Assembly (NCBI RefSeq): GCF_032444005.1
Contig: NC_091283.1
Coordinates: forward strand, 67,270,001-67,334,000
Length of the DNA: 64,000 bases
Reading direction: 5' to 3'
Source: Ranitomeya imitator
Taxonomy: Eukaryota
Shown: piece after piece, positions 36,085 to 49,324 of the stretch
Position numbering within the stretch: the stretch's first letter is position 1
Layout: each line of letters starts with the position of its first letter
Made by a program: the position numbers and the translations under genes
Notes under the pieces: generated by a model
What the model was told of the DNA's origin: nothing
Databases searched by the model: none
What the model saw: the letters and a program-made list of their open reading frames with translations, nothing else

Positions 36085-37242
36085 TTAGTAGAATATCTCA
36101 TACTCCCTATTTAGGCCATTGGACTCCAAAGTTTGGAAGGTGTGGATCCAATAGGCCTCTTTCTCTTTCAATTTCAGAATTCTATTGCCTCCTCTTCTCG
36201 CCATAGGTATGCTATCAATAATTTGGTAATGTAGCTGTGCAATGTTGTGGTTGTGAGAAATGAAATGTGCCGGTATAGGTAACATTAACCTCTTGCACCG
36301 AATGGTAGATTTATGCTGGGATATGCGGTCTCTGATATGCTGGGTAGTCTCACCAACATATCCGAGACCGCATGGGCATTTAATAAAATAAATAACATAA
36401 GTAGAATCACAGCTATAAAAGCTGCCAATGGGAAACCGTTTACCTGATCTTGGATGAGTAAATGTATCACCTCTTGTGATATTAGAACATTGGAGGCAGT
36501 GCAGGCAAGGGAATGTTCCCTTCCGTGCAGAGGTGAAAAGGGTTTGTCTCATTTCAGTTTTGGAACTACCAATATCAGCTGAAACAAGGAGATTCCATAA
36601 GTTAGGTGGTTTCTTTTGACACATGAGTGGGGGAGCATGAAACTCTGGAATGTCCGGATATGATAATCCCAGTAATGGCCAATGATTATGTATGATTCTA
36701 TGGAATACCCGCATAAAGGGATGGTGAGTATTTACAAAAGCCATTCTCCGTGTACTAAATCGTGATACATTAGGGAGTGAGGTATCGGAAGGAAATTTCA
36801 GAAATGTAGCAGGATAACCTCGATTTCGAAATTTAGAGGCCATATCATTTAGTCTCAAGGAGCGTTGAGAAGGGTCAGAGACAATCCGATTAATTCTCTG
36901 GAATTGTGATTTAGGAAGAGCCCTTTTTATGTGGCGAGGATGACAACTCGTGAAAAGAAGTAGGCTATTTTTGTCAGTCGGTTTGACATATAGATCCGTG
37001 GACAATGATCCATCATCATTAATGATGACTTGAGTGTCCAAAAATGCAATGGATCTCTGATCGTATTGTATTGTGAAAGTTAATTTAACAAGGCTTTCAT
37101 TGATAGTATGATAAAAAGACAAGAGAGATTCAATGTCTCCACACCATATGAGAAAAATATCGTCTATGTATCTCTTCCATAGTACACAGCACTGCTGGAA
37201 GAGTGGATGTGTGTAAACAAATTTACATTCAAATTCGGCCAT
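36085..37242 (-). pseudogene. PLE RT C-terminal half plus GIY-YIG endonuclease
   Basis: WKRYIDD, IAFLD, TDLYVKPTD, SCHPRHIKRALP, CLHCLQC and VIYFIKCPCGLGYVGET. The upstream frame continues GTAMGSNVAPT*ANIFM with an in-frame TAA just before the annotated start. Confidence 0.92.
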
Positions 37243-37547
37243 AAAAATATTGGCTTAAGTTGGCGCCACATTGCTGCCCATTGCAGTGCCATTTCGTTGG
37301 ATAAAAACTCATCTTCAAAAAGAAAGAAGTTTTTTGTTAAAATGAGTGTAAGTAGTGAACTACAAAACCTTTTTAGATCAGGATGAAATTGGGTCGTATT
37401 ATTAAGAAAACTTTCAACCTAATACAGGTTTGTGGGTCTTTTCTCTTTTCTCTTTTCATATTTCTCCATATTTACAGTTTTCTTATAGCACAGCGTTTTT
37501 ATACCCCTATTTTCTGCTTCATTATTAGCTCTCTAGATATATTATCA

Positions 37548-38125
37548 GGAAAGCGCTGTGAAAGCGCACGGCGCCGCACTGGCGGACACAGCAATTAGAC
37601 GCTGTATGGTGTGTAACGTGCTGGTAGCTAAGTCGGGCGCTAGAGAGCAATCACCCACCTTCCGCAAACAGTCATCCAATAGGGAGGGGATTGTAATGAA
37701 TGACTTTCACTCACAACACACACACACGTTAACAAATGTACACTAGCGCATGGCCGTGCGGTCATGCGCAGCTTATATAGCTGCAGCACGTTCAGGACCT
37801 TCCAATAAAGGAACAATGGGAACCGCTGCAGCATCTGAGCATGTGACCCTCGATCTCCAATGGGAGATCTCACCCTGGGCATGCTCAGAAGGGAAAAAGC
37901 AGGACTTAGATCCCAAAAGCGTCTGCTCGCCGCTGCCCAGCACTGGCTTCAATGGCAGGAGCAGGCAAAGCAGCAGTAATCCTATGCACAGAGTGAGACT
38001 GAGCAAGACGCTGGGAACGACGTCTCCGCTGAGCAGACTCCACTGCGGCTGGAGAAGAATGGGAGACCGCAGCAGAGATGGTTCAAGATTCCCCCTGTGC
38101 AGAGGCGGGAACTTGACACCTAACA
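37548..38125 (-). mobile_element. Partial, more diverged LTR of the 44222-50313 family
   Basis: Ends ...CACCTAACA at 38125. Contains TACACTAGCGC/TATA region at ~37738-37780. The other end is missing. Confidence 0.8.
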
Positions 38126-38127
38126 CA

Positions 38128-38198
38128 TGTTGTCAGTAAAGAGAAAAATCAGACAAACTGAAAATTTTGCAGTGGTCTCTTAGATTTTTCCAGAGCTG
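38128..38198. mobile_element. Probable Tc1-type terminus fragment followed by TA
   Basis: ...CTCTTAGATTTTTCCAGAGCTG|TA. Short, so the assignment is inference. Confidence 0.4.
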
Positions 38199-38256
<58 letters not shown>

Positions 38257-38292
38257 TATATATATATATACACACATATATACATATATACA
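38199..38292. repeat. (TA)n/(CA)-interrupted microsatellite
   Basis: Directly visible. Confidence 0.95.
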
Positions 38293-38412
38293 CAGTTAAA
38301 ACTAGAAGTTTACATGCACTATATAAAAAGACACATCTGCATATTTATCTCAATATCTGACATGAAATCAGAATAAACCTTTCCCGTTTTAGGTCAATTA
38401 GGATTATCATAA

Positions 38413-38429
38413 TCTACTATATAAAGCTG

Positions 38430-38470
<41 letters not shown>

Positions 38471-40759
38471 ATGTATGTATGTCCGGGATTGGCATCTGCA
38501 CCGTCGCAGCTACAGCCACAAAATTTTGCACAGTCACACGACTGAACCCCGAGAGCGTCATAGGCTATGTTGTGAGGCGAAATTTTAACCCCGCGCGTTC
38601 CAATTCACCAAACAATTTTGCCCCTATCTACATAATGGGGAAAAAAGTGAAAGGAAAAGTGTTGGAGGCGTCGTAGCTACAGCCACAAAATTTTGCACAG
38701 TCACACGTCTGGACCCTGAGAGCGTCATAGGCTATGTTGTGAGGTGAAATTTTAACCCCACGCTTTCCAATTCACCAAATAATTTTGCCCCTATCTACAT
38801 AATGGGGAAAAAAGTGAAAGGAAAAGTGTTGGAGGCGTCGCAGCCACAGCCACAAAATTTTGCACAGTCACACGTCTAGTCCCTGAGAGCATCATAGGCT
38901 ATGTTGTGAGGCAAAATTTTAACCCCGCACTTTCCAATTCACCAAACAATTTTGCCCCTATCTACATAATGGGGAAAAAGTGAAAGGAAAAGTGTTGGAG
39001 GCAAATTGACAGCTGCCAGATGTGAACAACGGGGACTTAAAGAGTGAGAGCGATGGCGCCAAAGAGTATATACCGTACAGTTGCTAAGGTGGGACCCCGA
39101 CATGGGATACTCACCACACACGGGGATATGAACACACACACAAAATGCGCCACACACTACCACGTGCTTGAACACATATACCACCCTCAGCACACATTTC
39201 ACCACACATATACCAACCTCGCCACATAAAAGTCGAAACACAAAAGTCGCCGCTCAAAACTCGCCACGCGCAAAACTCGCCACATGCAAAAACTAGGCTC
39301 ACGCAAAACTCGCCACAAGTGCAAAACTCACCTCATGGAAAACTCGCCACACGCAAAACTTGCACACGCGGAAAAATTGCCACATGTACAAAAGTTGCAG
39401 CACATGCAAAAGTTGCCTCACACACAACTTGCACATACTCAAAAGGCACCACACATAAAACTCGCCATGCGCAAAACTTGCTGCACACAACTTGCTACAC
39501 TAACCTGTCACATGCAACTCGACACACAAAAAGTCGCTACATGCATGTCGCCACACGCAACTCAACACACACAACTTGACAAACGAAACTCGCCCTAAAA
39601 CACACACAAGTCTGGTATTATCCTTCAAAAATAAAAATTAGATTAATAAGCAGACAAACTACAAGAGCAGCAAATGTACCATATAGGAAATACGGCAGCT
39701 GTCAGTCACATGACCTGTCTATTATGTGTATGTGTGAGCTAATATATACTGCCAGGGGGAGGGCTTCCTGTTGGCTGGGGATTTATCAGGCTGCCAATTT
39801 AGCTTACAAATACTGAGGTAAAAATACTGAGCAAATAATGTGTGAACGAGGTCTAATACAGGAGGAGATGACACACAGGTATATACTATATACAGGGGAG
39901 ATGACACACAGATATATACTATATACAGGAGAGATGACACACAGGTATATACTATATAGAGGAGATGACATACAGGTACATACTATATACAGGAGGAGAT
40001 GACACACAGGTATATACTATATACAGGAGCAGATGACCTACAGGTATATACTATATACAGGAGGAGATGACATACAGGTATATGCTATATATAGAAGATG
40101 ACATAAAGGTATATACTGTATACAGGAGGAGATGACACACAGATATATACTATATACAGGGGAGATGACACACAGGTATATACTATATACAGGAGGAGAT
40201 GACATACAGGTATATACTATATATAGAAGGAGATGACATACAGGTATATACTATATATAGGAGGAGATGACATACAGGTATATACTATATACAGGGGAGA
40301 TGACACACAGCAGGTATATTATATATACAGGGGAGATGACATACAGGTATATACTATATACAGGAGATGACATACAGGTGTATACTATATATAAGGGAGA
40401 TGACAAACATGTATATACTGAGGTGAAAATGAAAAGGTGTGAGTACAAAATGAGAGGAGTGAGGGAAAATAATGGAGTGATCGGAAAATGACAGATGTGG
40501 GGTCGAAAGAGGAGTGAGGGAAAATAGTGGAGTGATCGGAAAATGACAGATGTGAGGTCGAAATGACAAGTGTTAGGGGGGAATGAGAGGAGTGAGGGAG
40601 AAAATGAGAGGTGTAAGGGTGAAAATGAGAGATATGAGGGGGAAAATGAAAGATGTGATTGGGAAAATGAGAGGCGTGATGGGAAAATAAGAGAAGTGAG
40701 GTGCTATAACTAACCACAGATATTTACTATGCCCAGGCAACGCCGGGCTCTTCAGCTAG
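38413..40759 (+). mobile_element. Non-autonomous Helitron family A, copy 4 (uninterrupted)
   Basis: A|TCTACTATATAAAG start. Hairpin CCCAGGCAACGCCGGG then CTAG at 40756-40759. Confidence 0.88.
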
Positions 40760-42386
40760 TCTACTATATAATTGTCTAAGGGTCACTTCCTTCTGTCTGT
40801 CTGTCACAGTTATTCATTCACTGATTGGTCTCGCCAGCTGCCTGTCATGGCTGCTGCAACCAATTAGCAATGGGCACAGTCCGGAAGAAAATGGCCGCTC
40901 CTTACTCCCTGCAGTCAGTGCCTGTCGCCCGCATACTCCCCTCCGGTCACCGCTAACACAGGGTTAATGCCGGCGGTAACGGACCACGTTATGCCGCGGG
41001 TAACGCACTCCGTTACCGCCGCTATTAACCCTGTGTGTCCCCAACTTTTTACTATTGACGCTGCCTATGCAGCATCAATAGTAAAAAATGTAATGTTAAA
41101 AATAATTAAAAAAAAAACACCTGCTATACTCACCTTCCGTTGCAGCTCGTGCCGGCCGCCATCTTCCATTGCAGGTTCTGGTGGCAGAAGGACCTGCCAT
41201 GACATCACGGTCATGTGACCGTGACATCATTACAGGCCCTGCGCGCCTGTGCTACAAAGACCTGCCATGACGTCACGGTCATGTGGCCGCGACGTCATCA
41301 CAGGTCCTGCGCTAATACCAACCCTGGGACCGGAACCTGCCGTGGACTACAAGGGCTCCCATGGAAAGGTGAGTATATGTTTATTTTTTATTTTTTCACC
41401 TGTGACAAACCTGGCTGGGCAATATACTACGTAGCTGGGCAATATACTATGTGACTGGCCAATATACTACGTGGCTCTGTGCTGTATATTACGTCACTGG
41501 GCAATATACTACATGGCTGCGCAATATACTACGTCACTAGGCAATATACTACGTAACTAGCAATATACTACATGGCTGGGCAATATACTACGTCACTGAG
41601 CAATATACTACGTGGGCTGTACAATATAATACGTAGCTCGGCAATATACTATGTAACTGGGCAATATACTATGTGGCTGGGCAATATACTACGTGGCTGG
41701 GCAATATACTACGTGGCTGGCCAATATATTACGTCACTGGGCAATATACTACGTGGGCTGTGCAATATAATACGTAGCTCGGCAATATACTATGTAACTG
41801 GGCAATATACTATGTGGCTGGGCAATATACTACGTGGCTGGGCAATATACTACGTCACTAGGCAATATACTACGTGGCTGGCCAATATATTACGTCACTG
41901 GGCAATATACTACGTGGGCTGTGCAATATAATGCGTAGCTCGGCAATATACTATGTAACTGGGCAATATACTACGTGGCTGCACAATATACTACATCTCT
42001 AGGCAATATACTACGTAACTGGGCAATATACTACATGGCTGGGCAATATATTACGTGACTGGGCAATATACTACGTGACTGGGCAATATACTACGTGGCT
42101 GGGAAATATACTACGTGGCTGGGCAATATACGTCACTGGGCAATATACTACGTGGCTGGGCAATATACTACGTGGCTGGGCAATATACTCCATGGCTGGG
42201 CAATATATTACGTGGCTGGGAAATATACTACGTGGCTGGGCAATATACTACGTCGCTGGGCAATATACTACATCGCTGGGCAATATACTACGTGGCTGGG
42301 CAATATACTACGTGGGCTGTGCAATATACTACGTGGACATGCATATTCTAGCATACCCGATGCGTTAGAATCGGGCCACCATCTAG
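40760..42386 (+). mobile_element. Non-autonomous Helitron family B with ~21-bp minisatellite
   Basis: TCTACTATATAATTGTCTAAGGG start. GGGCAATATACTACGTGGCT-like array at ~41415-42340. Hairpin CCCGATGCGTTAGAATCGGG then CTAG at 42383-42386 followed by T. Confidence 0.85.
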
Positions 42387-42789
42387 TTACTAATATTTAC
42401 CAAATGCCAGAATAATGAGAGAGAATGTTTTAAGGCATTTTGATTACTTACTGCAAAGTCAAAAGTTTACTTACACTAAGATTACTATGCCTTCTAGGAT
42501 CATTGCCTAGACTATCTGTAGGAGAAATGAAACTCAAAATCTATTTGTTAAAAAAAGTCATTATATAGTAATTAAAGGGTTATTTCCCTCTCAGCCATTC
42601 ATGGCTGAGACAGGAATGTCTATCACTCTGTGACAACCACAGAATGGAGTGGCCCTATGATGTTGTTTCTGTATCTCGTATTCACTTCTATAGGAGTTAC
42701 GGAAACACAGTAGCACAGCCTCCTCTGCAGACCGATGGCCCTCTGACGGCCTGTGCATAAAGGTGAATGAGATGGGTATAACCCTTTGA

Positions 42790-42903
42790 AGGGGTATTCT
42801 GGCTCAGCTCACTTACACATCAGGAAGTGGGCAAAATCAGTAACATTATGTCATCGGCCCCACTTTCAGATGTAGAAAAAATCAGCAAAGCCGGAATACC
42901 CCT
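42790..42903. mobile_element. Short MITE, T2/Kolobok-like (AGG termini, TTAA target)
   Basis: AGGGGTATTC...GAATACCCCT inverted ends. TTAA on the right, TTGA on the left. Confidence 0.6.
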
Positions 42904-45089
42904 TTAAACTCCATTTTTCTTTTTATTGCATGAAATCTGCCTTTGTTGCTTTATGCCATTTTCAGAGACATGCACAGAATAACTTTACATAAAGCCTTCA
43001 TAGTTCTGATGCCAAGGAAATAATAACTGTGTGAGGATGTTGTAATTCCTATTCATATCTGGATGTTGATAACACATTATATACCATGACAGATATTCTA
43101 TACACTCAAAGATTATGACTTTTTCACATCATACATTTGGATTCCCCACATTGCTTACTTTTTTCAGTCGTATTGATGATTAGTGAAGCCTGACAAGAGC
43201 AATGTGCATTAAACTACTTTGAAGAGGACTTGTGTCTTTCCTGACATGCCTGTTTTAGTAATAACTCGTATTTGTCACAAAATAATACTTCTGGAGCATC
43301 TTTTATTAGATCTCTGCATAGCACCATTCCTATATTATTCCTCCTGAAAATTTAAATAAATTGTCAACTGGGTGTTTCCATAACTTTTGTGTAAGGGGTG
43401 TGTCCATACAAAGACTGATAGTAGCAGCAGTGTTTGGACAGTGTCAAATTATATAGAGACACGCCCTCAATTGGTAACACCTAGTTATCAGTTTATTCAC
43501 AAATTTGTACTGTGAGTAATAGAGGAACAGCACAATCCAGAGTTATAAGGACAGGCCATTTAGAATTGCCTGGAATGCTGACAGAGCGTCCTGAAGAACA
43601 AACTATTTTTTCAATGTCTGCCTGAAGCTACAGGCTCAAAAGGCTGCCTCGACAGAATCTGGCAGACTCCAGAAAAATCCCAATACCTTTTAACCCCTGT
43701 ACAGGGATCTGGTTTTACAATAGGACCCAGTGGAATTCTACCATGGATGGTCTGCCGTCCAGAGGTAGTAATGCTCGCCAAGCAGGGTCAGAGCCAAGAG
43801 GTCACATTAAGAACAAAATCAGGATCCTTCAGAATAGTCAGAAACAAGCCAGGGTCAAAACACGAATAAACTAAACAAACAAGGAGGAGAAGACGAACAC
43901 CTATCCAGGGAAACGCTAAGCTATATGTGGCAACTTCCAGCAGCAAGCTGGAAGCTTTAGTAAGATGTGGTGCTCTCCAATTGGCAGAAGCAGGACGATA
44001 ACTTCAGCTGGAAACAAACATATCCATACTGCTACAGGTTCCAGCCACTCTAACCTTAGGGGCTTGACAGAGCTTGTCATTCAGAGCTTCTGGTTATGAT
44101 GTTTCTATCACCAGTGCCACCAGCAGAGTGAATACAGCGGTGCCTGGATAAGCAATCAGTAGGAAACAGACAGCATGCAGATGGTTTATGAGTGCTCAAT
44201 CAAAAATTGTAAGTTAAACCGTGTTAGGACTGGCGGAACGCACCAAGAAAGATGATATAGATGCGTTCGCAGTCCGGGGTCCACCGTGCAGGCGAAACCC
44301 GCTGCTAGTAAATGACAGACTATATGGCGGTACTAAAAGTATAAACACGCGGGTTAAACCTCACCCCACGTGAAGAAAGCGATCCTGTTAAGTCACAGGA
44401 CCGCGGTACCGCACATAGAGAGCGAGCAAGTAGTCAGCGAACTTAACCCCAAAAGGGATTGAAGTCCGATTAGACCCTTGCTGGCACAACACCGCAACTG
44501 GGTGTGAAAAGAACCTTAGCAGTAATATAAGAGCACAAGAGTGCGTGCGATGCCGCACTGACGGACGCCACTAACCACCCAGGCTTGGGTATGGAAAGCG
44601 CAAGGCAAGCGCACGGCGCTGTACTGGCAGGCACAGCTAAAGGACGCTGTGATGTGTGTAACATACAGATGGATAGTCGGGCGCTAGAGAGCTACCATCA
44701 TCCGCAAGCAATCAACAACTCTAGGGAGGGATATTTAGGAGCTTTCATCCATCGACATACATCCATCTACACACACACATAATAATTGTACACTAGCGCA
44801 TGGCCGTGCGGTCATGCGCAGTTTATATAGTTGCAGGACAGGAAGTGGCCACAGAAACTTTGCCCTTCCAAGACCTGCCAAGAGGACCAATGGAATGCGC
44901 TGCAGATCCAGAGAACATGAACCTCGATCTCCAACGGGAGATCTTGCCCTGGGCATGCTCAGTGTGCGCAAATAAGGACTTAGTCCCAGAGAAGTCCGCT
45001 CGCTGCTGACCAGCACTGACTTTAATGGCAGGAGCTGAAGAAGCAGCAGTAACTCTCTGTACAGAGCGAGACCGAGCAAAACGCTGGGA

Positions 45090-45962
45090 TCAACGTCCCT
45101 GCTGAGCAGACTCCACTGCGGCTGGATAGGAATGGGAGACCGCAGCGGAGACGGCCCGAGATTCCCCCTGTGCAGAAGTGGGAACTCGAGACCTAACATT
45201 ACCCCCCCTCCTAGGGCCTCCCCCTCCTTGGGCCTCGCTACGCTCGAAGGCAGCAATGAGCTGTGGGGCCCGAATGTTTTCAGCAGGTTCCCATGACCTG
45301 TCCTCTGGGCCATAACCCTTCCAATCCACCAAATAGAACTTTTTGCCGCGTACCACCTTGCACCCCAAATTAGCATTCACCTCATAATCGTCCGTAGAGG
45401 AACCCGATGTCCCGGCAGATGACTCAGAAAACCGGGACATGTATACGGGTTTCAAGAGGGACACGTGAAAGGTGTCGGTGATACCCAAGCGTGGAGGAAG
45501 AGCCAGACGGTAGACCACGGGATTAACCTGTTCGAGAACCTTGAAGGGACCCAAGTAGCGAGGAGCAAACTTAGTGGACTCAACTCGCAGCCTGATTTTA
45601 TGGGCGGAGAGCCACACCAAGTCGCCAGGGGAAAAGGTCGGAGCGGGGCGCCGATGAACATCGGCGGAGGACCTCATTCTTTCCTTGGAGGCCTGAATGG
45701 CATCCTGAGTGCGGTCCCAAATGACCCGTGCCTCCACAGCCCAGTCTGCCACCCTGGAGTCAGCGGAAGACACAGGCATGGGCACAGGAACACGCGGATG
45801 CTGGCCGTAATTTAAGAGGAATGGAGTCTGACCGGTGGAGTCAGCTACGGCATTGTTAAGTGCAAACTCTGCCCACGGTAGCAAGGATGCCCAGTCATCC
45901 TGCCTGGCAGAAACAAAATGTCGCAGATATGTGACCAAGGTCTGGTTGGCCCTTTCAACCAA
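45090..45962 (-). pseudogene. pol: Integrase C-terminal half plus chromodomain
   Basis: ERANQTL, YLGPFKV (GPY/F motif) and YEVNANL..FYLVDWKGYGPEDRSWEP. Confidence 0.9.
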
Positions 45963-46025
45963 CCCATTCGTCTCTGGATGATATGCCGAAGAGAGATTTA
46001 ACTCAATACTGAGTAGACGACAAAG

Positions 46026-48404
46026 CTATCTCCAGAATCGAGACGCAAACTGGGGACCCCGGTCACTAACAATTTTGTCTGGCATACCGTGTAGGCGAAA
46101 GATATGCTTGATAAACAAGACAGCCAACGCCCGTGCAGATGGTAGCCGTGGAAGATGCACCAAATGTACCATTTTAGAAAAATGGTCGGTGATCACCCAG
46201 ATAATGGTGCAGTTACGAGACTTGGGCAAGCCCACCACAAAGTCCATCCCGACCATCTCCCAGGGCCTGTCCGCCACGGGCAGAGGATAAAGCAAACCAG
46301 CTGGCCGTTGCTGAGGAGTCTTGTTCCTGGCGCAAGAGACACACGCCCGAACATACTCCGCGACATCACGGGCCATATGCGGCCACCAGTATGTCCTCGC
46401 CAGTAACTCAGATGTCCTTTTAGTACCAAAATGTCCACCCACCCTGGACGAGTGCGCCCAAGAAAGAACCTCCGGTCGCAAACTGGATGGAACAAAAGTC
46501 TTGCCCGGGGGCACAGACTCCAGCGAAACCGGAGCCACAGTTCTCAAGCTCTCGGTGGGGACAATAAGCCGAGGCTCCTCCTCCTCCTCCGCAGATGACA
46601 CAACGGAGCGAGAGAGAGCATCGGCCCGAATGTTCTTCTCCCCAGAAAGGAAATGGAGGGTGAAATGAAACCGGGAAAAGAACAAGGACCATCTGGCCTG
46701 GCGAGAATTCAACCGCCGAGCTGTCTGCAGGTACACCAAATTTTTATGGTCTGTGAAGACTTGGAAGGGAAAACGTGCTCCCTCCAAGAGATGTCTCCAC
46801 TCCGAGAAAGCCAACTTCATGGCTAGCAACTCCCTGTCCCCGATGGAATAATTCCTCTCTGCTGGTGCGAAGGTCTTGGAGAAAAAGAAGCAAGGATGCT
46901 TCCGACCTTGAGCATCCTTTTGGAAGAGGACTGCTCCAGCACCAACAGAAGAGGCATCCACCTCCATGATAAATGGCTTATCAACATCGGGGCGATGTAG
47001 AATGGGAGTGCTAGCGAAGTGTGACTTTATAGAGATAAAGGCCTTGGAGACCTCTTCAGACCACAATTTGGGATTTGCCCCCTTCTTGGTGAGGGCAACC
47101 AAGGGAGCTACCAAAGTTGAGAAGTGCGGGATGAACTGGCGATAATAATTGATGAATCCCATAAAGCGCTGCACCGCTTTAAGAGAATGGGGTTCCTGCC
47201 AGTCCATCACAGCCTGTAGTTTGGCAGGATCCATAGCCAATCCCTGGGCTGAGATGATGTAGCCTAGGAAAGGTAAGGACTCCTGCTCAAACATACACTT
47301 CTCCAACTTGGCATAGAGGGAGTTTGCCCGTAGGAGGTGGAAGACTTTGCTAACATCTCTCCGGTGGGAGTCAATATCTGGAGAGTAGATGAGAATATCA
47401 TCCAGATAGACTACGACCGAAGTGGTGAGCATATCCCGGAAGATGTCGTTCACAAAGTCTTGGAAAACGGCTGGGGCATTACAGAGCCCGAAGGGCATCA
47501 CCAGATATTCATAGTGCCCATCCCTGGTGTTAAACGCCGTCTTCCATTCGTCCCCCTCACGGATGCGAATCAGGTTGTAAGCACCCCGCAGATCTAATTT
47601 AGTAAATACCCTTGCTCCCCGAAGCCTATCGAATAGCTCGGATATCAAAGGCAAAGGGTATTTATTCTTAACGGTGATGGCGTTAAGACTCCTGTAGTCT
47701 ATGCATGGACGCAATTCCCCATTCTTCTTCTGCACGAAGAAGAATCCTGCCCCAGCAGGTGACACTGACTTCCTGATGAACCCTCTTGCCAGATTTTCCT
47801 GGATGTACTGTGACATTGCCTCCGTCTCCGGGAGAGATAGCGGATAGACTCTACCCCGGGGAGGCTCAGCACCAGGCAAGAGGTCAATAGGACAATCATA
47901 GGGGCGATGGGGCGGAAGGGTCTCCACCGCCTTTTTGGAGAACACGTCTGCATAAGACCAATACTGCTTGGGGAGAGAGGATAGATCTGCGGGTACCTCT
48001 GTTGTAGCAACCTGAACGCACTCCCTCTGACACCTACCCCCACAAGATTCACCCCATCCCAGAATTCTGCCTGAGGACCACTCGATATGAGGAGAGTGGT
48101 ACCGTAGCCAAGGTATTCCCAACAGGACCTCATCAATTCCTTCTGGAATGACGAGCAGAGAAGTGATCTCCTGATGAGATGGCGACATGGACAGAGTAAA
48201 AGGGATGGTCTGGTGTGTTATCTGTGAGGGCAGTGTCGACCCATTCACCACTCGTACCGTTACAGGTTGAGCTAGCATAACCAGGGGTATTGTGTGACGT
48301 TGGGCGAAGGCAGAAGACATAAAATTGCCCTCCGCCCCAGAATCCATGCAGAGCTCTACCGAGTGGGAGAATGAGCCTATAGTAATTGTCCCCTTAAAGG
48401 ACAA
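46026..48404 (-). pseudogene. pol: Pol: protease, RT, RNase H, integrase N-terminus
   Basis: CMDSGA, LRPCIDYR, YLDD, MEVDAS, TDHKNL and HHCC finger. Frameshifted inside the IN core near 46030. Confidence 0.93.
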
Positions 48405-48405
48405 T

Positions 48406-49311
48406 TTAGAGGCAAACGTCGCCGTGTCTAGTGTACCTCGACCGCTGAGGACATCTGGTGGCTAGATGTCCTGACTGCTGGCAAACATGACAGACCCTGA
48501 GTGCACAAGCGGTCCGGGACTTAGATCCCGCTTGTGACACTTCTCTGGCCTCATGTGACTCAGGAACCAGGACCGGAGATTCCAGAGGTTTGGCGAAAGT
48601 AGGAGCCAGCCGAAACCTCTGCCTACACTGGGCTCGCTCTAACCTCCGCTCGTTAAAACGGAGATAAATTCGAGTAGAGACGGTTATTAACTCCTCCAGT
48701 GTGGCAGGAATCTCCCTAGTGGCCAGAGCGTCCTTTACGTGATCAGCCAAGCCCCTCCAAAATATGGGGATAAGAGCTTTATCCGACCATTCCAGCTCAG
48801 ATGCTAAAGTGCGGAATTGGACGGCAAAATGACTGACCAAGGACTCACCCTGAGTTAATGCCAGCAGTTGAAGCGCAGTATCATGGGTGACTTGAGGTCC
48901 TAAAAAGACCTGTTTCAGAGTGCTTAAAAACAGCGGAGCACTCTGCACCACATGATCGCCACGCTCCCACAGCGGCGTAGCCCATTCCAACGCCCTGTCC
49001 GACAATAGAGATACAATAAATCCCACCTTAGCCCGCTCTGTGGGGAAGCGTGCAGCCAGGAGCTCAAGATGAATAGTGCACTGACTCACAAATCCCCTAC
49101 AAAATTTGCTATCACCAGAAAATTTTTCTGGCAGCGGGAGGCGAGAAAATGTCGGAACAGGGGTGGCAATGGACAAAGTTGCTGCAGCCACGCTGGCAGC
49201 CTGTACAGCAACTGCGGTAACATCCACAGCTGAGGTTGCGCTCTCGAGAGCCGCCAACCTACCCTCCAGCTGCTGGATATACCGGAGGGATTGCTGTTTG
49301 TCTGTCATCAC
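48406..49311 (-). CDS. gag: Gag (retrotransposon gag domain plus CCHC knuckle)
   Basis: LPLPEKFSGD, ALEWATPLWE, LTQGES and CHVCQQSGHLATRC. The C-terminus is altered by a deletion at 48439/48440. Confidence 0.88.
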   Translation of the reverse strand: MMTDKQQSLRYIQQLEGRLAALESATSAVDVTAVAVQAASVAAATLSIATPVPTFSRLPLPEKFSGDSKFCRGFVSQCTIHLELLAARFPTERAKVGFIVSLLSDRALEWATPLWERGDHVVQSAPLFLSTLKQVFLGPQVTHDTALQLLALTQGESLVSHFAVQFRTLASELEWSDKALIPIFWRGLADHVKDALATREIPATLEELITVSTRIYLRFNERRLERAQCRQRFRLAPTFAKPLESPVLVPESHEAREVSQAGSKSRTACALRVCHVCQQSGHLATRCPQRSRYTRHGDVCL

Positions 49312-49324
49312 TAGCCAGACCCTG

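Larger units (their letters stand above)
34240..37420 (-). mobile_element. 5'-truncated Penelope-like element with long 3' region
   Basis: RT-GIY-YIG ORF. Hammerhead-like motif at ~34338-34378 near the 3' end. Inverted copy of 35304-35421 at its 5' side (37423-37547). Boundaries approximate. Confidence 0.85.
38293..42495 (+). mobile_element. Left TIR of a Sleeping Beauty/Tdr1-like Tc1, split by a Helitron heterodimer
   Basis: 38293-38412 (CAGTTAAAACTAGAAGTTTACATGCAC...GGATTATCATAA) resumes at 42387 (TTACTAATATTTACCAAATGCCAGAATAATG...GTCAAAAGTTTACTTACACTAAG). Inner and outer AAGTTTAC.TACAC repeats are typical of IR/DR Tc1 ends. Confidence 0.65.

Noticed and set aside
41415-42340. Regular ~21-bp repeats as a CRISPR-like array (also 6500-7305 and 12745-13360)
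   Set aside because: Units are contiguous with no unique spacers, there are no cas genes, and the context is eukaryotic. These are minisatellites inside TEs.
43698-44069. Possible old solo LTR
   Set aside because: LTR-like composition only. Termini and TSD could not be established.
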